Source: Patellaria atrata CBS 101060 (Eukaryota). From it: 64,000 nucleotides of DNA. The notes beneath the pieces are model-generated. The model was not told the origin of the DNA. It saw only the letters and a list, made by a program, of their open reading frames with translations, and did not search any database. Where the stretch lies: the NCBI GenBank assembly GCA_010093705.1, contig MU006089.1:1490455-1554454 (forward strand), in the 5' to 3' direction. Position numbers and translations under genes: made by a program. Shown here one piece after another: positions 13,100 to 28,080 of this stretch. Position 1 is the stretch's first letter; the number at the start of each line of letters is the position of its first letter.

Positions 13100-14384
13100 A
13101 TGGCCCCTCCCCGCCAGATCTTCATAGCAGTAATAGGTAAGTACAAAATGCTCGAATCATCAAAAAGGAAATGTGCTAATAGTTTTCCAGGCGCTGGTGG
13201 TGTAGGCAAATGCTTCCTCTCCCAGCTCTCTGCACTCGCCGCCCGCCAGTCCCAAAATCCCGCCTCCCCAACGTACTTCTCCCTCATCTACCTGAGCACC
13301 AGTAAGAAGCTGCTCTGTAGCTCTTCTTTCCACCCTCTGTCTTTGAGCAACTGGGAGTCCGACCTCGCTGCATCTACTACCGCCCCTTTTTCCCCTACCG
13401 AAGTCGCAAACTTTCTCTCCGCAAAATCCGGCAGTGTGATCCTTGTTGACAACACGAGCAACCAAGATATCGCAGACACATACCCCCTATTCCTGAAGAA
13501 GGGGATTAGTGTTGTAACGCCGAATAAGAAGGCGTTCTCGTCCGACTTATCCTTATGGAAAGCCATCTACAGCGCCGCTGCCAACGGTACTGGAGCCCAA
13601 GGGGCGGGGTATGTCTTCCACGAGAGTAGTGTTGGCGCCGGACTCCCCGTCATTAGTACCCTGAAAGAACTCGTCGAGACTGGTGATCATGTACGACGGA
13701 TCGAAGGCGTTTTTTCTGGCACCATGAGCTTCCTGTTCAACAGTTTCATGCCAGTAGGTGGGGGCGGAGGATCCTTTTCCGCGGAGGTGAAGAAAGCGAA
13801 GGATTTGGGGTATACTGAGCCGGATCCCAGGGACGATCTTAATGGACTTGATGTGGCGAGGAAGTTGACGATTCTGGCGCGGTTGGCGGGGCTGGAAGTG
13901 GTGAGTCCGACGAGCTTTCCGGTGCAGAGCCTCATTCCCAAGGAGTTAGAGGGATGTCTGAGCGGAGATGAGTTTTTGCAAAGACTAGGGGAGTTCGACG
14001 GGGAGATGGACAAGTTAAAGAAGGAGACCGCAGCGGAGGGGAAGGTGGTCAGGTTTGTTGGAAGCATCGATATTACAAAGAATGAGGTCAATGTCGGGAT
14101 GGAGAAGTAAGCTAATTTCTGTAAAGGAGTGGTATGAAGTCAACTAACACTTAGGCAGGTTTGATACCTCTCATCCTATTGCCACTCTCAAGGGGAGCGA
14201 CAACATTATTAGCTTCTATACGGAGAGATATGGCAGTAACCCATTGATCATACAAGGTGCCGGGTAAGTAAAATTTTTCCTCGCTGTTTTGATTCCATTG
14301 CTAATTCAATTCAGGGCCGGAGGCGAGGTCACAGCCATGGGTGCAACAGGTGATTTTATCAAAGTTCTGCGGTTGTTGCATTAG
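13100..14384 (+). CDS. HOM6: Homoserine dehydrogenase; introns 13137-13190, ~14106-14158, ~14264-14313
   Basis: IAVIG/AGGVG Rossmann start after splicing, LVDNTS, VVTPNKK, HESSVGAGLP, GYTEPDPRDDLNGLDVARK; C-terminal exons read KGSDNIISFYTERY..QGAGAGGEVTAMG. Confidence 0.96.
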
Positions 14385-15446
14385 AATTTGATCAATGCTT
14401 TGTCATATTTTGGAGTGGAAGCCCATTGGTCCAAGAGAATAAAATCCTTTATCTGACGGCATTCAATATGAACCCAAAGGTTCTCAACTGATAGTAACAA
14501 CGAGACCTGACCACACGTTACACCCGTTCATAAGTAGTAGAAAGGGCTCCAAGGGCTCCATGAGTCAGATGGTGATTTATACGCGCAAGGGACGGGAAAG
14601 CAAGGTGAACCTATATGTACGTCTCTAGTGTCAATCGAACAATACAAGTACATCTCGATGAGGCAGATGTAAAAGAAACATATAGACAGCGCTATGAATA
14701 CCAATACGGGAGCATGTTGACAGTGGTCTTTTCTATATCTGAAGGAGTGGGTGTTTCGATACATACAGAAACGACACATTTGAACTGGATGGCAAATCTA
14801 CCTTTCATTACTACAACATTGAGTTGTTTACCCCAGTTCCCCAGCACATCCCCTGCCAGATAGGACACTCCTCAATTGCTAGACGCAGGTGACACATAGA
14901 TTACGATGGGCTCAGATTCGAGACGTCCGGGGGTAGTTGTAGGTTGCCCCGTTCGGTCTCTGTGTAAATCTAGTTTTCTTTATACCCTCCCCGTGTATGC
15001 AGTAAGGGAGTTCTGTACAGTTCAAAGATTCTAGGAGCTTTGGACGGTTCAGAATAGCGAGGGATTTTAGGTATACAAGGGTTGTCACGGTCGAGATATG
15101 CACTACAGTCGAGCGGTTCATCAGTGTTTGAAGGGTTGAGCGTGGTGAAGGGATTTGGGAATGTCGGTCAATTCGTACTCCAGATATGAGGACAGTCCTA
15201 GATGTGACTATATAACGGGACCCGGATTATCCAGTTACATTAAGGATAGGGTCAAAAGAGTGAGATATCATTGATAGCATGGTCAGAGACTAGTAAATTA
15301 AAATCCATCACCGAGGAAGAGTAAAACACTGTACGCTGTGCTATTATTTGAACTACGCTGGTTACTACCATCTACTACCGAATGTGAAAGCAATCTCTAC
15401 AATACAACATGGTACTATTCAATGAAGAAGTCACCTAGTAACCAAG

Positions 15447-16931
15447 CTAGATTTCATTTAGGGTCGGCCCGGGTCGAACCTGTACACCCAGTTCCTTCTC
15501 GAAAAACTCTTCCAAAATCGCCTTCTGAGCGTCTTCATTCACACCATTATCAGACAACTTTGAAGTGTCCTTGAACTTGTCCCACATCTCTTCGTACAGG
15601 TCCTGTAGCTCCTCACAACACTCAATGGCTTCGTCGCTACGGCCGAATTTGTGAAACTGGGCAAAATTGGTGAGAATTGCCCGCCGATATCGAGCATTCT
15701 TGAGCATAAAGGCGGCGAATTCGAATGCCGCTATCCATGCCTTGGTAAGGCTTGACAATGGTACTTGGTCGACATAGAGACCAAACGCAAAAGAGATCCA
15801 CTTGTCGTTCTTCTTAGCGGCATAATACGCAACCAACGTCTTTTCTTGTATAGCATTTTTCTTTCCCATCTCCTGAAAGCATTTATCAAACTTGAAAAAC
15901 CATCCCTTAAAACGCCTCTCCCAGTCTTGAACTTGCTCTATGGCATTGTATTCGATTCCCGGCGCCTTATCCCGCAATTCTATGGGTAGCAGAGCCTGTA
16001 CCTGCCTCAAGTCCTCGTCGATGCGGGCAAGCTTGTTGACGATACGCATAACTGGGTTTACTGAGGGACGCTCAAACGTGCCAAAATCATAGAGATCGCG
16101 CCTAATCTTTCCCCATGGTTTTCGCTGCTGTGTGATTTCATTAATTTTCTCTCTGAGTTTAGAATCGAGGATCCCTTGTATCTTATTATACAAGTCATCG
16201 CGGTAGCTTCTCTGGTCACGGAGCAAGACAAATTCCTCGTCGACTGCCTCTCGTTCAGCCACATGGCACCGGCAACCTTGTCTCTCCACGGACAAGTCGA
16301 AAAATTCCGCTAAGCGCAGGGTATCATCGATATGATTACCTCTGAATAACTCTGCCAGGGCGTAGCGTATACCATCCGCAGACAGATTCTCAATCCTACG
16401 GATACGTGCTCTTACGATGCTCGTAATTTGCTCCTCCAAGGGGGAGAGTTGGTGACATGGTTGCCGTGGTGATCTTGTTGGTCGGTCGGTTCTAAGAAAT
16501 TCTTCGCTAGCTTCAAGGCTGACCATAGGGATGATGTCAGTCAGGGAATCGAATGTAACTGGATTCGTAAGGCGCCTGTGCGGTGGCGAGCCAGATACAA
16601 TGTCGCTTGGAATATTGAGTGGGAGAGTGAAAAGACCGGGGGAATCTGGAGGTTGGCCGTCATCCAGATATTCATCATCGTCGTCGTCATCATCTTCTTC
16701 TATGTCGTCCGCAATACCTCCACGGACGATGCGTCGGACGGTTTCTCTCAATTCGGGAACATCAGAATCGAAACTCGATTCGGTAGAGTCCGTTTCCGCA
16801 GAGGGCGAAGTGACGCCTGCGTCATCGTCATATTCGTTGGTATCGGGTTGTGATTCAGGCATTTCGTGTGCTTTGTCAAAAGGAGATGAATTTGAGAAGA
16901 GAGTGTGGAAAGAGAAGGAGTTATGGTTCAT
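15447..16931 (-). CDS. Hypothetical intronless protein with acidic N-terminus and helical C-terminal region
   Basis: Uninterrupted 494-aa ORF; no confident family assignment. Confidence 0.7.
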   Translation of the reverse strand: MNHNSFSFHTLFSNSSPFDKAHEMPESQPDTNEYDDDAGVTSPSAETDSTESSFDSDVPELRETVRRIVRGGIADDIEEDDDDDDDEYLDDGQPPDSPGLFTLPLNIPSDIVSGSPPHRRLTNPVTFDSLTDIIPMVSLEASEEFLRTDRPTRSPRQPCHQLSPLEEQITSIVRARIRRIENLSADGIRYALAELFRGNHIDDTLRLAEFFDLSVERQGCRCHVAEREAVDEEFVLLRDQRSYRDDLYNKIQGILDSKLREKINEITQQRKPWGKIRRDLYDFGTFERPSVNPVMRIVNKLARIDEDLRQVQALLPIELRDKAPGIEYNAIEQVQDWERRFKGWFFKFDKCFQEMGKKNAIQEKTLVAYYAAKKNDKWISFAFGLYVDQVPLSSLTKAWIAAFEFAAFMLKNARYRRAILTNFAQFHKFGRSDEAIECCEELQDLYEEMWDKFKDTSKLSDNGVNEDAQKAILEEFFEKELGVQVRPGPTLNEI

Positions 16932-19050
16932 TTGTAACAGACGGGCGACAATGTAGTGAATGTTTACTCAGTGTGCCTCAACAAAATTCTGCTGCCGTAG
17001 ACCGCTTTTCAATGAGCTGTGTGTAAACAATGAGATGTACAATTGAAGATAGTGAATATAGCTTCGAGGAGATTGTGGGATGCACTGATGGAATATCGAT
17101 CTAGTGGTCTTGGGGCCTGAATGAATCGTCTGAGATATGTTCTTGAACCGGTCTGGAAAGCGATATATTACAGTTACCGATTCCTTACCATTGTATAATA
17201 AACCTGTAGGTAATCCAAGGACGAAATTCCTCTCTGCCCTGTTGGGACCAGAAACGCGTTTTTTCTGCCTAAAACGTTACCCCCCGTACGGAAGAGATTC
17301 ACATTGGGACTATCCAGCTCAATACAGAACCGAATCCACTGTCCATATCATCGCCTCAGAGTGACTGGATGATGCATATCGCCTGATACGGGGGAACCCT
17401 AGATTTTACAGGAAATTGAACTCGCGACATTCTCCTGAGGGATCCTCGACCGAGTCAGGAAACTCTTCGTTAATCCGATCCTTTTGAAGTGGTAGGGCTC
17501 TATGTGACCTTAAATACACACTTGTATGCTGGGCATTCCTCTCCTTTCGTAGTAGTGGAATCCGTGCCGATTTTCGCAGAGTGAACTTAATAGATGTCCC
17601 CCGCAGAAAACGGTCAGCCAGAGCCATACTACTTCAGACCTAGCCAACTTGACTAGAGTGATTCTCTGGCATATTAAAGGTTTCATCTCAGGCGAACGTC
17701 TCAAAATGAGATGACTGGGCAGCACTTAAGTGTACTGTACGTCTACGAACAGCGGCAGAACGCTTCGAGGAATACTGAGTTTGGGCACGATGATAGCTAT
17801 AAATCAAAAGCTAACGGAACTTGGCATTTGTTAGTACTAGTATCTACGATGAGGGCAGGTACTTAATGATATATAGGCATAGCTAACTAAGGGCATCATC
17901 ATTTTGCGACGATGTCCATAAGCTAGACTTATCAGCCAAAAGTGTCGGTACGCTCTGGCAGCTTAATCCTTCCAATGCAAGCATGTGAGACAAAAGCAAC
18001 TGATATTGGCATTAGAGTAGGTAGTATTCCTACGATGGTTCAAGTACTTGGACAATGATATCGTAAGATCGTGGTCGAGATAAGGTGAGGACGGTCTGAT
18101 GCCTCGATACTGTTTGCGCTCCTCTATTTCCATATGCCGTACGTCAGCAGTTCTGCTGTTATTGTACCTTTGTACAGGTACAGCACAGCACACTCAGCCA
18201 AGGGGTAGTTATCAGCTCTTCTTGATGTAAGTATACAGTAATGAATGACTGGGAAGTGGGATGAAGATGGAGTGAGGTTCGAACGAAAAAAGAAACGATG
18301 CTGAGTGACTGCCGTCAAAGGTAATAGAACTAGTCTTTGAGCTGGCAAAACTCGAGAATGCGAGATGAAATAATATTCTAAAAGTTGATTGAAGGAGGCA
18401 AATATCAATGAACCTTTTTGGGCAATATGCATCTTCGCAGTTGAAATGTTTGGCCAACAACTACGTATAATTGTATCTTAAAAGGTAGGGTACTGCGCTG
18501 TACTGTACTGTGTACTGTCCAGTAGTCACAACGCATCAAATAACGAGTTGATTTCGGCGAAAGGCTTCCTTTAACCTCTCCAAATCTGCACCACACTCTT
18601 GGGACTGTCGCTCCAAAGTCTTTCTTGCTGCTGTCTTTTAGCACATTCATCTCTATTTCTTGTTCTGAATTACACACCTCAAGCCCATCAACCTTCCTAT
18701 CAACCACCTCTTAACGCCTTGTTCGCGCCCTCCCCGCAACCGCCAAAGCGTCAGGCATCCTAGATCAGCTTGACGCTCCCGTCAACTACCTCATTCCTCA
18801 ACCGCCGTTATACAAACGAAGTCTCCAAAAGAATCCCACTTCACCCTCGCACACGTGGCCTGCAGCGCCGCCAACGGATTCTTACCCTTGTTCAAGCGTA
18901 TAGAAGGTCCCTACATCACCCACTGCCTCCCCTCCTAGCTCTGCTGGACCGCTATGCCCGGCGCAATTTTAAGTTTGTAGGACCTAGACAGAACATATCG
19001 CTCCTAAACATACTCGAACTCTCGTCTCCCGAACGAATCATCTCGTCACC

Positions 19051-22092
<3,042 letters not shown>

Positions 22093-22777
22093 CGGGAGGA
22101 GGCCCTGAGATGTCTTGTAAATGCCCCCAAAAAAATGGTCACCCATTTCACTACGGCGTAGTCGGTGTTTAAATGCTGCTACCGGTAATCTTCCACGGCA
22201 CATTTTAGCAAGCCAGGAAACGGCTGAACAATCATAGACTGAATAGTCTCGACGTACATTCTCGACGAGCACAGCATGCGGACAAGCCTACTGACTACCG
22301 AACCAGGACGGCTGGCAGTAAGGACTCCAACGGTGGTTATCAAAGAAGTGAACGTCGCTTCCCGTTTCATGTAGTCTCTACTACGCTGGACTCAGGACAA
22401 ACAATCGAGCTGAAAGAATGCTTGATGAGTTGTGTTAGACTCAAAGAAAGGTTGCACCTCTGTTTTCTTGTGTGATTCGAAGGGCACATTATTACGGTAG
22501 CTGTTCGAAGCAAGAGATGGGTCATTATGACCTACCCATTATGAATTACCCATGACATGTGTAACCTATTGCCAGATGAGTTTCTATAAAGCAACCTTGA
22601 ATGAATATTTACGCGAAAGTCTTTCCCTCGTGAGAGGTCTCATCACGTGATCGCTTCGTTGACCCCACCGCCGCCTGCTCTTCCTGCAAAAACGACGCCA
22701 ACCACCGAAATTCTGTTAATCACGAAAATTCGCCCCGCAAGCTACAACCTCCCAGAACAACAGTCAAAACATACAAC

Positions 22778-25515
22778 ATGTCTCGATTCTTCACGGGTAG
22801 CGACAGCTCTAGCGAGAGCTCCTCGGACGAGGAGGAGCTCTATAGCGATCAGGCGGAGGAAGAAGAACAGTCCTCAGAAGAGTCGAGCGAAGAAGAATCC
22901 GAAGATGAGTCGGAGGAAGAAGTGTCGAGTGACGAAGAAGGAGGGGCAAAAGGCGCAATGCGTTTCCTAAGAGATGCGTCTGAGGAAGAGGATAGCGATG
23001 AAGAAGAACGGGGAACCGTCGTTAAGAGTGCCAAAGACAAGCGGTTCGAACAACTTGAGGGGACGATTAGGTTGATCGAGAATGCGGAAAAGATCAATGA
23101 CTGGGCAGTCATCTCTGACCGTAAGTAGTCCTAGTAATCGTACATCATGTATAGGTATCTTACTAAATCGTGTCCAGAATTCGACAATCTCAATCGTCAG
23201 ATACCCGGACTCCAAAAGCAGAACAATGGCCAGACTCCAAAGCTGTATATAAAGACGATTGCGGATCTTGAAACTGCAATGCTTGAGGCAATCGAGAAGC
23301 AGAAAGTTACCCCTAAGAAGATGAACGCAATCAATCAACGAGGTTTGAATGCGATGCGACAGAAGATCAGAAGAGTGAACAAGGACTACGCAAAAGAGAT
23401 CGATCAATATCGAGCGGATAAAGACGGTTTCATGGAGGAAGAGATTGTCGAAGAGATTGCACCTATCGCGAAGAAGGTAAAACGGCCGATTAGTGAGATT
23501 GGTCAATCTATCGTAGGAGCAGATGACGACGGATTCACAATGGTTGGTGCTGGCGGCAAAGCCATGCAATATACACCAGAGAGCATTCTCAAGCATCTTC
23601 GTACCATTGTTGAAGCTCGCGGCCGAAAGAACACAGATAGGCTTGAACAAATACGCGTAATGGAGAAGTTACTAGATGTGGCGACAACAGACTATCAAAA
23701 GATACGCGTCCTTCTGACGCTGGTATCTACACGGTTTGATCTCACTTCGGGAACTGGCAGTCAAATGTCTCAAGAGCAATGGAAACTGTGAGTGAGGAAC
23801 TATTGCATGGCGTTACCTTCAACTAACCTTGACTAGTGCTCAACACGAGTACAACCTTCTCCTGGGGATTCTTGAAGCTAACCCCGATATGGTTGTTATT
23901 GAGGGTGCCGAAGAATGGGAAGATGATGATAAGCAACCCACCTTTAATCCAAGCGAACTTTTTAAGGTCCCAGGAAGTGTAGTGTCATTTGTGGAGAGGT
24001 TAGATGACGAACTTACTAGATCGCTGCAACACATCGATCCGCACACAGCTGAGTACGTCGAGAGGTTGACCGATGAAGGCCCTCTATACGCTAGTATAGT
24101 TCGCGGTCTTCTATATGTGGAGAGTTTGCAGAAGAAATTGAAGGAGGATGCTCCTCAAGATTCTATCAATCGTGTAGTGATGCGGCGGCTCGAACACGTA
24201 TATTTCAAGGTATTACACTCATCTTTGCGCTCCGAAACGGCTACTAACAGTAACCCAGCCTTCGCAAGTTGTGACTATACTGGAAGAAAATACATGGAAG
24301 GTGATACCTTCTGAGCTCGATTCAACCATCACCCCGCGATCAGACACAACGGATACCACATCTCTTGTCCGAACCCTCTGCACCTATCTTTTCACGAACA
24401 GCGAAGGTATTATCCGTGCCCGAGCAATGTTGTGCCAGATCTACTTCCTCGCTCTCCATGACCATTACTACAAGGCGCGCGATATGATGCTCATGTCTCA
24501 TCTTCAAGACACTATCAACAGCTTTGACGTAAACTCCCAGATACTGTTCAACCGAACACTTGTTCAAGTAGGACTTTGTGCATTCCGAGCAGGTCTAGTT
24601 TATGAAGCTCAGACTTCTCTTCAAGAAATTTGTGGTAGCAACCGACAGAAGGAGCTTCTCGCCCAAGGTCTGCAGATGCAGAGATTCTCGCAAATATCAC
24701 CGGAGCAAGAACGAATCGAGCGGCAACGTCAACTCCCCTTCCACATGCACATAAACCTAGAGCTTCTCGAATGCGTTTATCTCACTTGTTCAATGCTTCT
24801 CGAGATCCCTCTTCTTGCACAGATCGGCTCCTCACCAGATATCAAAAAGCGAGTGATCAGCAAGACTTACCGCCGTCTCCTCGAGTACCATGAGCGCCAA
24901 ATATTCACAGGCCCACCTGAGAATACCCGGGATCACGTCATGCAGGCTTCAAAGGCGCTCGCTGCTGGTGAGTGGAAAAAGGCTGCGGAGTTGATCAATT
25001 CGATCAAGATCTGGGATCTGATGGCACAGTCGAGTGTGATTAAGACAATGTTATCGGAACAGATACAAGAAGAGGGTCTAAGGACATATCTCTTCACGTA
25101 TGCTCCGTTCTATGATACACTGTCAATCAGCACTCTAGCTAGTATGTTCGAACTCTCCGAGCGTAAGGTAGCTGCGGTTGTTAGCAAGATGATTTCACAT
25201 GAAGAACTTGCTGCTGCTTTGGATCAAGTCAACAGTGCTATCATTTTCCGCAAGGGTGTCGAACTGTCCAGACTACAGAGCCTAGCTCTGACACTCAGCG
25301 ATAAAGCCACAATACTCATCGAGTCGAATGAGAAGACCTTGGAGCAGAGGACACAGGGTACAGCGAACGCATTCGAGCGCCAAGGCGGTCAAGGTGCTCG
25401 GGGTGGCCGTGGAGGACAAAGGGGTGGCAGAGGTCCACAGAGAGGTGGACGCGGTGGTGGAAGGGGAGGTCAGCAATTCACCGGTGGTGCGTTGGGAAGG
25501 GCCATACAAGCATAG
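22778..25515 (+). CDS. NIP1: Translation initiation factor eIF3 subunit c; introns ~23121-23178, ~23788-23836, ~24210-24258
   Basis: MSRFF acidic N-terminus, [46 protein letters not shown]-domain motifs and an RGG tail. Confidence 0.97.
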
Positions 25516-25680
25516 AATGCTCCAACGGTATCATAGCTGCATACGGCGTTCGGTTGGACTGAAGGTAATTGTCTTGAAAGAGCAGTAATTTGCTCACTAC
25601 TCGGGGTATCATAGACTCTATAATGAAAAGTCTTCCATCATCTCTGCGGTTTCGTCACGGTTTAGATGTGACTCCTAAAG

Positions 25681-26546
25681 CTACTCCACTTGTCTCACGT
25701 GAATTAATGTTGGGCTCCAGTATTCGGTTTCGTCTGCTTGTTTGTCTACCCATACCAGCGAATCGGCCATCAAATCGTCGATAACTGCTAGTGCTCGAGG
25801 CCGCTCCCAGCTCAGGTTAACCTGTAGCATAGATACGGTGACAAATCCCAAGACTTGTATCGCTTCAAGAACGGTCGATTGGTCGGTGTTCAGTTCTTTC
25901 GGTATCGAGCGTATCATTTGTTTGGCACCCAGCGTTAGGATCTTAAATCCAGAACCTAAGGGGGCAAGAGATTGCACAGCACGATGGACATCGTCACTAC
26001 AACCACATGCGTATCAGATCCAAACATACTCACAAAACTCTGATTCGCAGAGTATAAAGTCATATTAGGATCTACGTACTCAGATACCTCCATTCCACCC
26101 CCTACACCCCTTCCCATCTTCACCCTATCCCTCACCTCTGCAACATCAATCATGCCCCCATTCTCCGCTCTCGTCTCCCTACATACCTCCACTACCCTCA
26201 CCGCAACCTCAAAGTAAAAGTCATTGACACTGCCACCCAACATTTGTGCCCACCAGCTCCCGCCTGCCCCTCCCTCCTTTTTGCTAGAGTGAGAAGATGC
26301 GAGCGGGTCCACTCCAATCGCGTTACACATGCGTGCGAACTCGGCGCGAAACTGCGGGTTCGATCGAATATCTTTTGCGTGCGTAATGCTGAACTGGTGT
26401 AGGAGAGACTGGAAGACGGAAAGCTGGGTTTCGAGGGACGCGGCGTGAGTGTTGCGTAGAGTGCTACCGTGAGACGCATATTGTGAGGCAGTAATTGTAG
26501 AGCGGGAAAATGCTGAGAGGCCAACACCACGACGGGGAGCAGACAT
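25681..26546 (-). CDS. SNF8: ESCRT-II subunit Vps22/Snf8/EAP30; intron 26079-25997
   Basis: RRGVGLSA, FRAEFARMCNAIGVDPL, DFYFEVAVRVVEVC, IRSIPKELNTDQS, LVWVDKQ..EYWSP. Confidence 0.95.
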
Positions 26547-26806
26547 TTTTATGGGGTTAGGAGAACGATATCAGTATTGAAATACTACTGAGTATTCTAG
26601 TTGTCGGTCATGACTGGAGGAGATGAGCGTGAGGTCAAAGCTTTCCACACATTGAACCGAAGTGCATCCGAAGCCTAAACACTTGGCACGGCGAAACCCG
26701 CAGCCGAGAGCCCACAGCGAAATTCTCAACCTCGACTTTTCCAACACACGAACAGGAGACTCAACTCGGAAGTCATCAACAACATACGATAACGCCCATC
26801 CTCACA

Positions 26807-28080
26807 ATGGCCCCGACAGTTAAGACGTACGTAATTTCTCATCCCGAGAAGAGAATTGCGCAGATAGGTCGAGAGATCATATCTCGATAGAGAATGCAAT
26901 ACCGGCCCGCAATTCTCTTCTTGGAGCTTGTGTCTTAGGATGCTGCTTCACCAGACTATTCTGACGCTCTTCTTAGATCCGTCCCGAGCAAAGATGATAT
27001 TCTTGTTCCGGAGACGCTTCTGAAGTAAGTCTTCTATTCCAAGTATTGCTTTGTGCTGCTGACCGTGAGCTAGGAAGCGCAAGTCTCAGGAGAAGGAGCG
27101 TGAGCAGCGCGCTGCCGATCTGGCAAAGAAGCGAAAGGTAGGTTTTCTTTTTCTTGTTGTAGACCCAAGGTTAAAAAGGGGGAGACGAAGAATGATGCAA
27201 AACAGCCAACCAACCCAAGTGACTAGACCTAAGGGCCGATGTTGTCAACTAATATACCATCTTTCGGGACTGATTCGTCTTCCTCCTAATCAGTGGGGTA
27301 AATTTATGAAGAAATATTCAGCTAACTAGACGTACTGATACAGGCAAACAAGGAGAAGAGATCCGTCATCTTCAAGCGCGCTGAAGCCTACACCAAGGAG
27401 TACCGCGATGCGGAGCAGGAGAAGATCCGTCTACGCCGCGCCGCGAAACAGGACAATTCCTTCTATGTTCCCGCCGAACCCAAATTGGTCTTTGTAACCC
27501 GTATCAAGGGTATCAACAAGATCTCGCCCAAGAAGCGCAAGACACTTCAACTCCTCCGTCTCCTTCAGATCAACAATGGTGTATTCGTCCGATTGACGAA
27601 GGCGACTTTGGAGATGTTGAAGCTCGTTGATGATCTGTGAGTTTACAAAGTACCCTCAGAGTCAATAGCCTAATACTGAAATTTGCCAACAGTGTCGCAT
27701 ACGGATACCCCAACCTCAAGTCCGTCCGCGAGCTTATCTATAAGCGCGGCTATGGCAAGGTCAATAAGCAACGTATCGCGCTCACCGATAACGCCATCAT
27801 CGAAGAGAATCTCGGCCAGTTTGGCATCGTCTGCATCGAGGATCTTATCCACGAGATCTACAACGTCGGCCCCAACGTACGTTCATAGCTGCACCCCTGA
27901 TCCGAAGACTTGTCTAACATTTAGCAACAGTTCAAGCAAGCTAGCAACTTCCTCTGGCCCTTCAAACTCAGCTCGCCCACTGGTGGCTTTAGGCCTAGAA
28001 AGTTCAAGCACTTCATCGAAGGTGGTGATTTAGGTAACAGGGAGGATCATATCAATGCTTTGATCAGGCGGATGAACTAG
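26807..28080 (+). CDS. RPL7: 60S ribosomal protein L7 (uL30); introns 26827-26976, 27025-27073, 27138-27343, 27637-27692, 27877-27930
   Basis: Spliced translation gives [71 protein letters not shown] and [12 protein letters not shown]. Confidence 0.97.
27182..27281 (+). ncRNA. Intronic box C/D snoRNA, snR39/snR59-like, in RPL7 intron 3
   Basis: Box C-like ATGATG at 27192 and box D CTGA at 27270-27273. Terminal stem AGACGAA/TTCGTCT. The antisense element ACCATCTTTCGGG is complementary to conserved LSU rRNA CCCGAAAGAUGGU. Yeast RPL7A/B introns host snR39/snR59. Confidence 0.85.

Noticed and set aside
14382..14460. Readthrough extensions with a cryptic PTS1 after the HOM6, NTF2 and oxidoreductase stops
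   Set aside because: No TGA-CTA-type context, and no SKL-like ending seen in the downstream frames.
14528..15121. Short ORFs downstream of HOM6
   Set aside because: No recognisable motif or splice-supported gene model; at most a decayed remnant.
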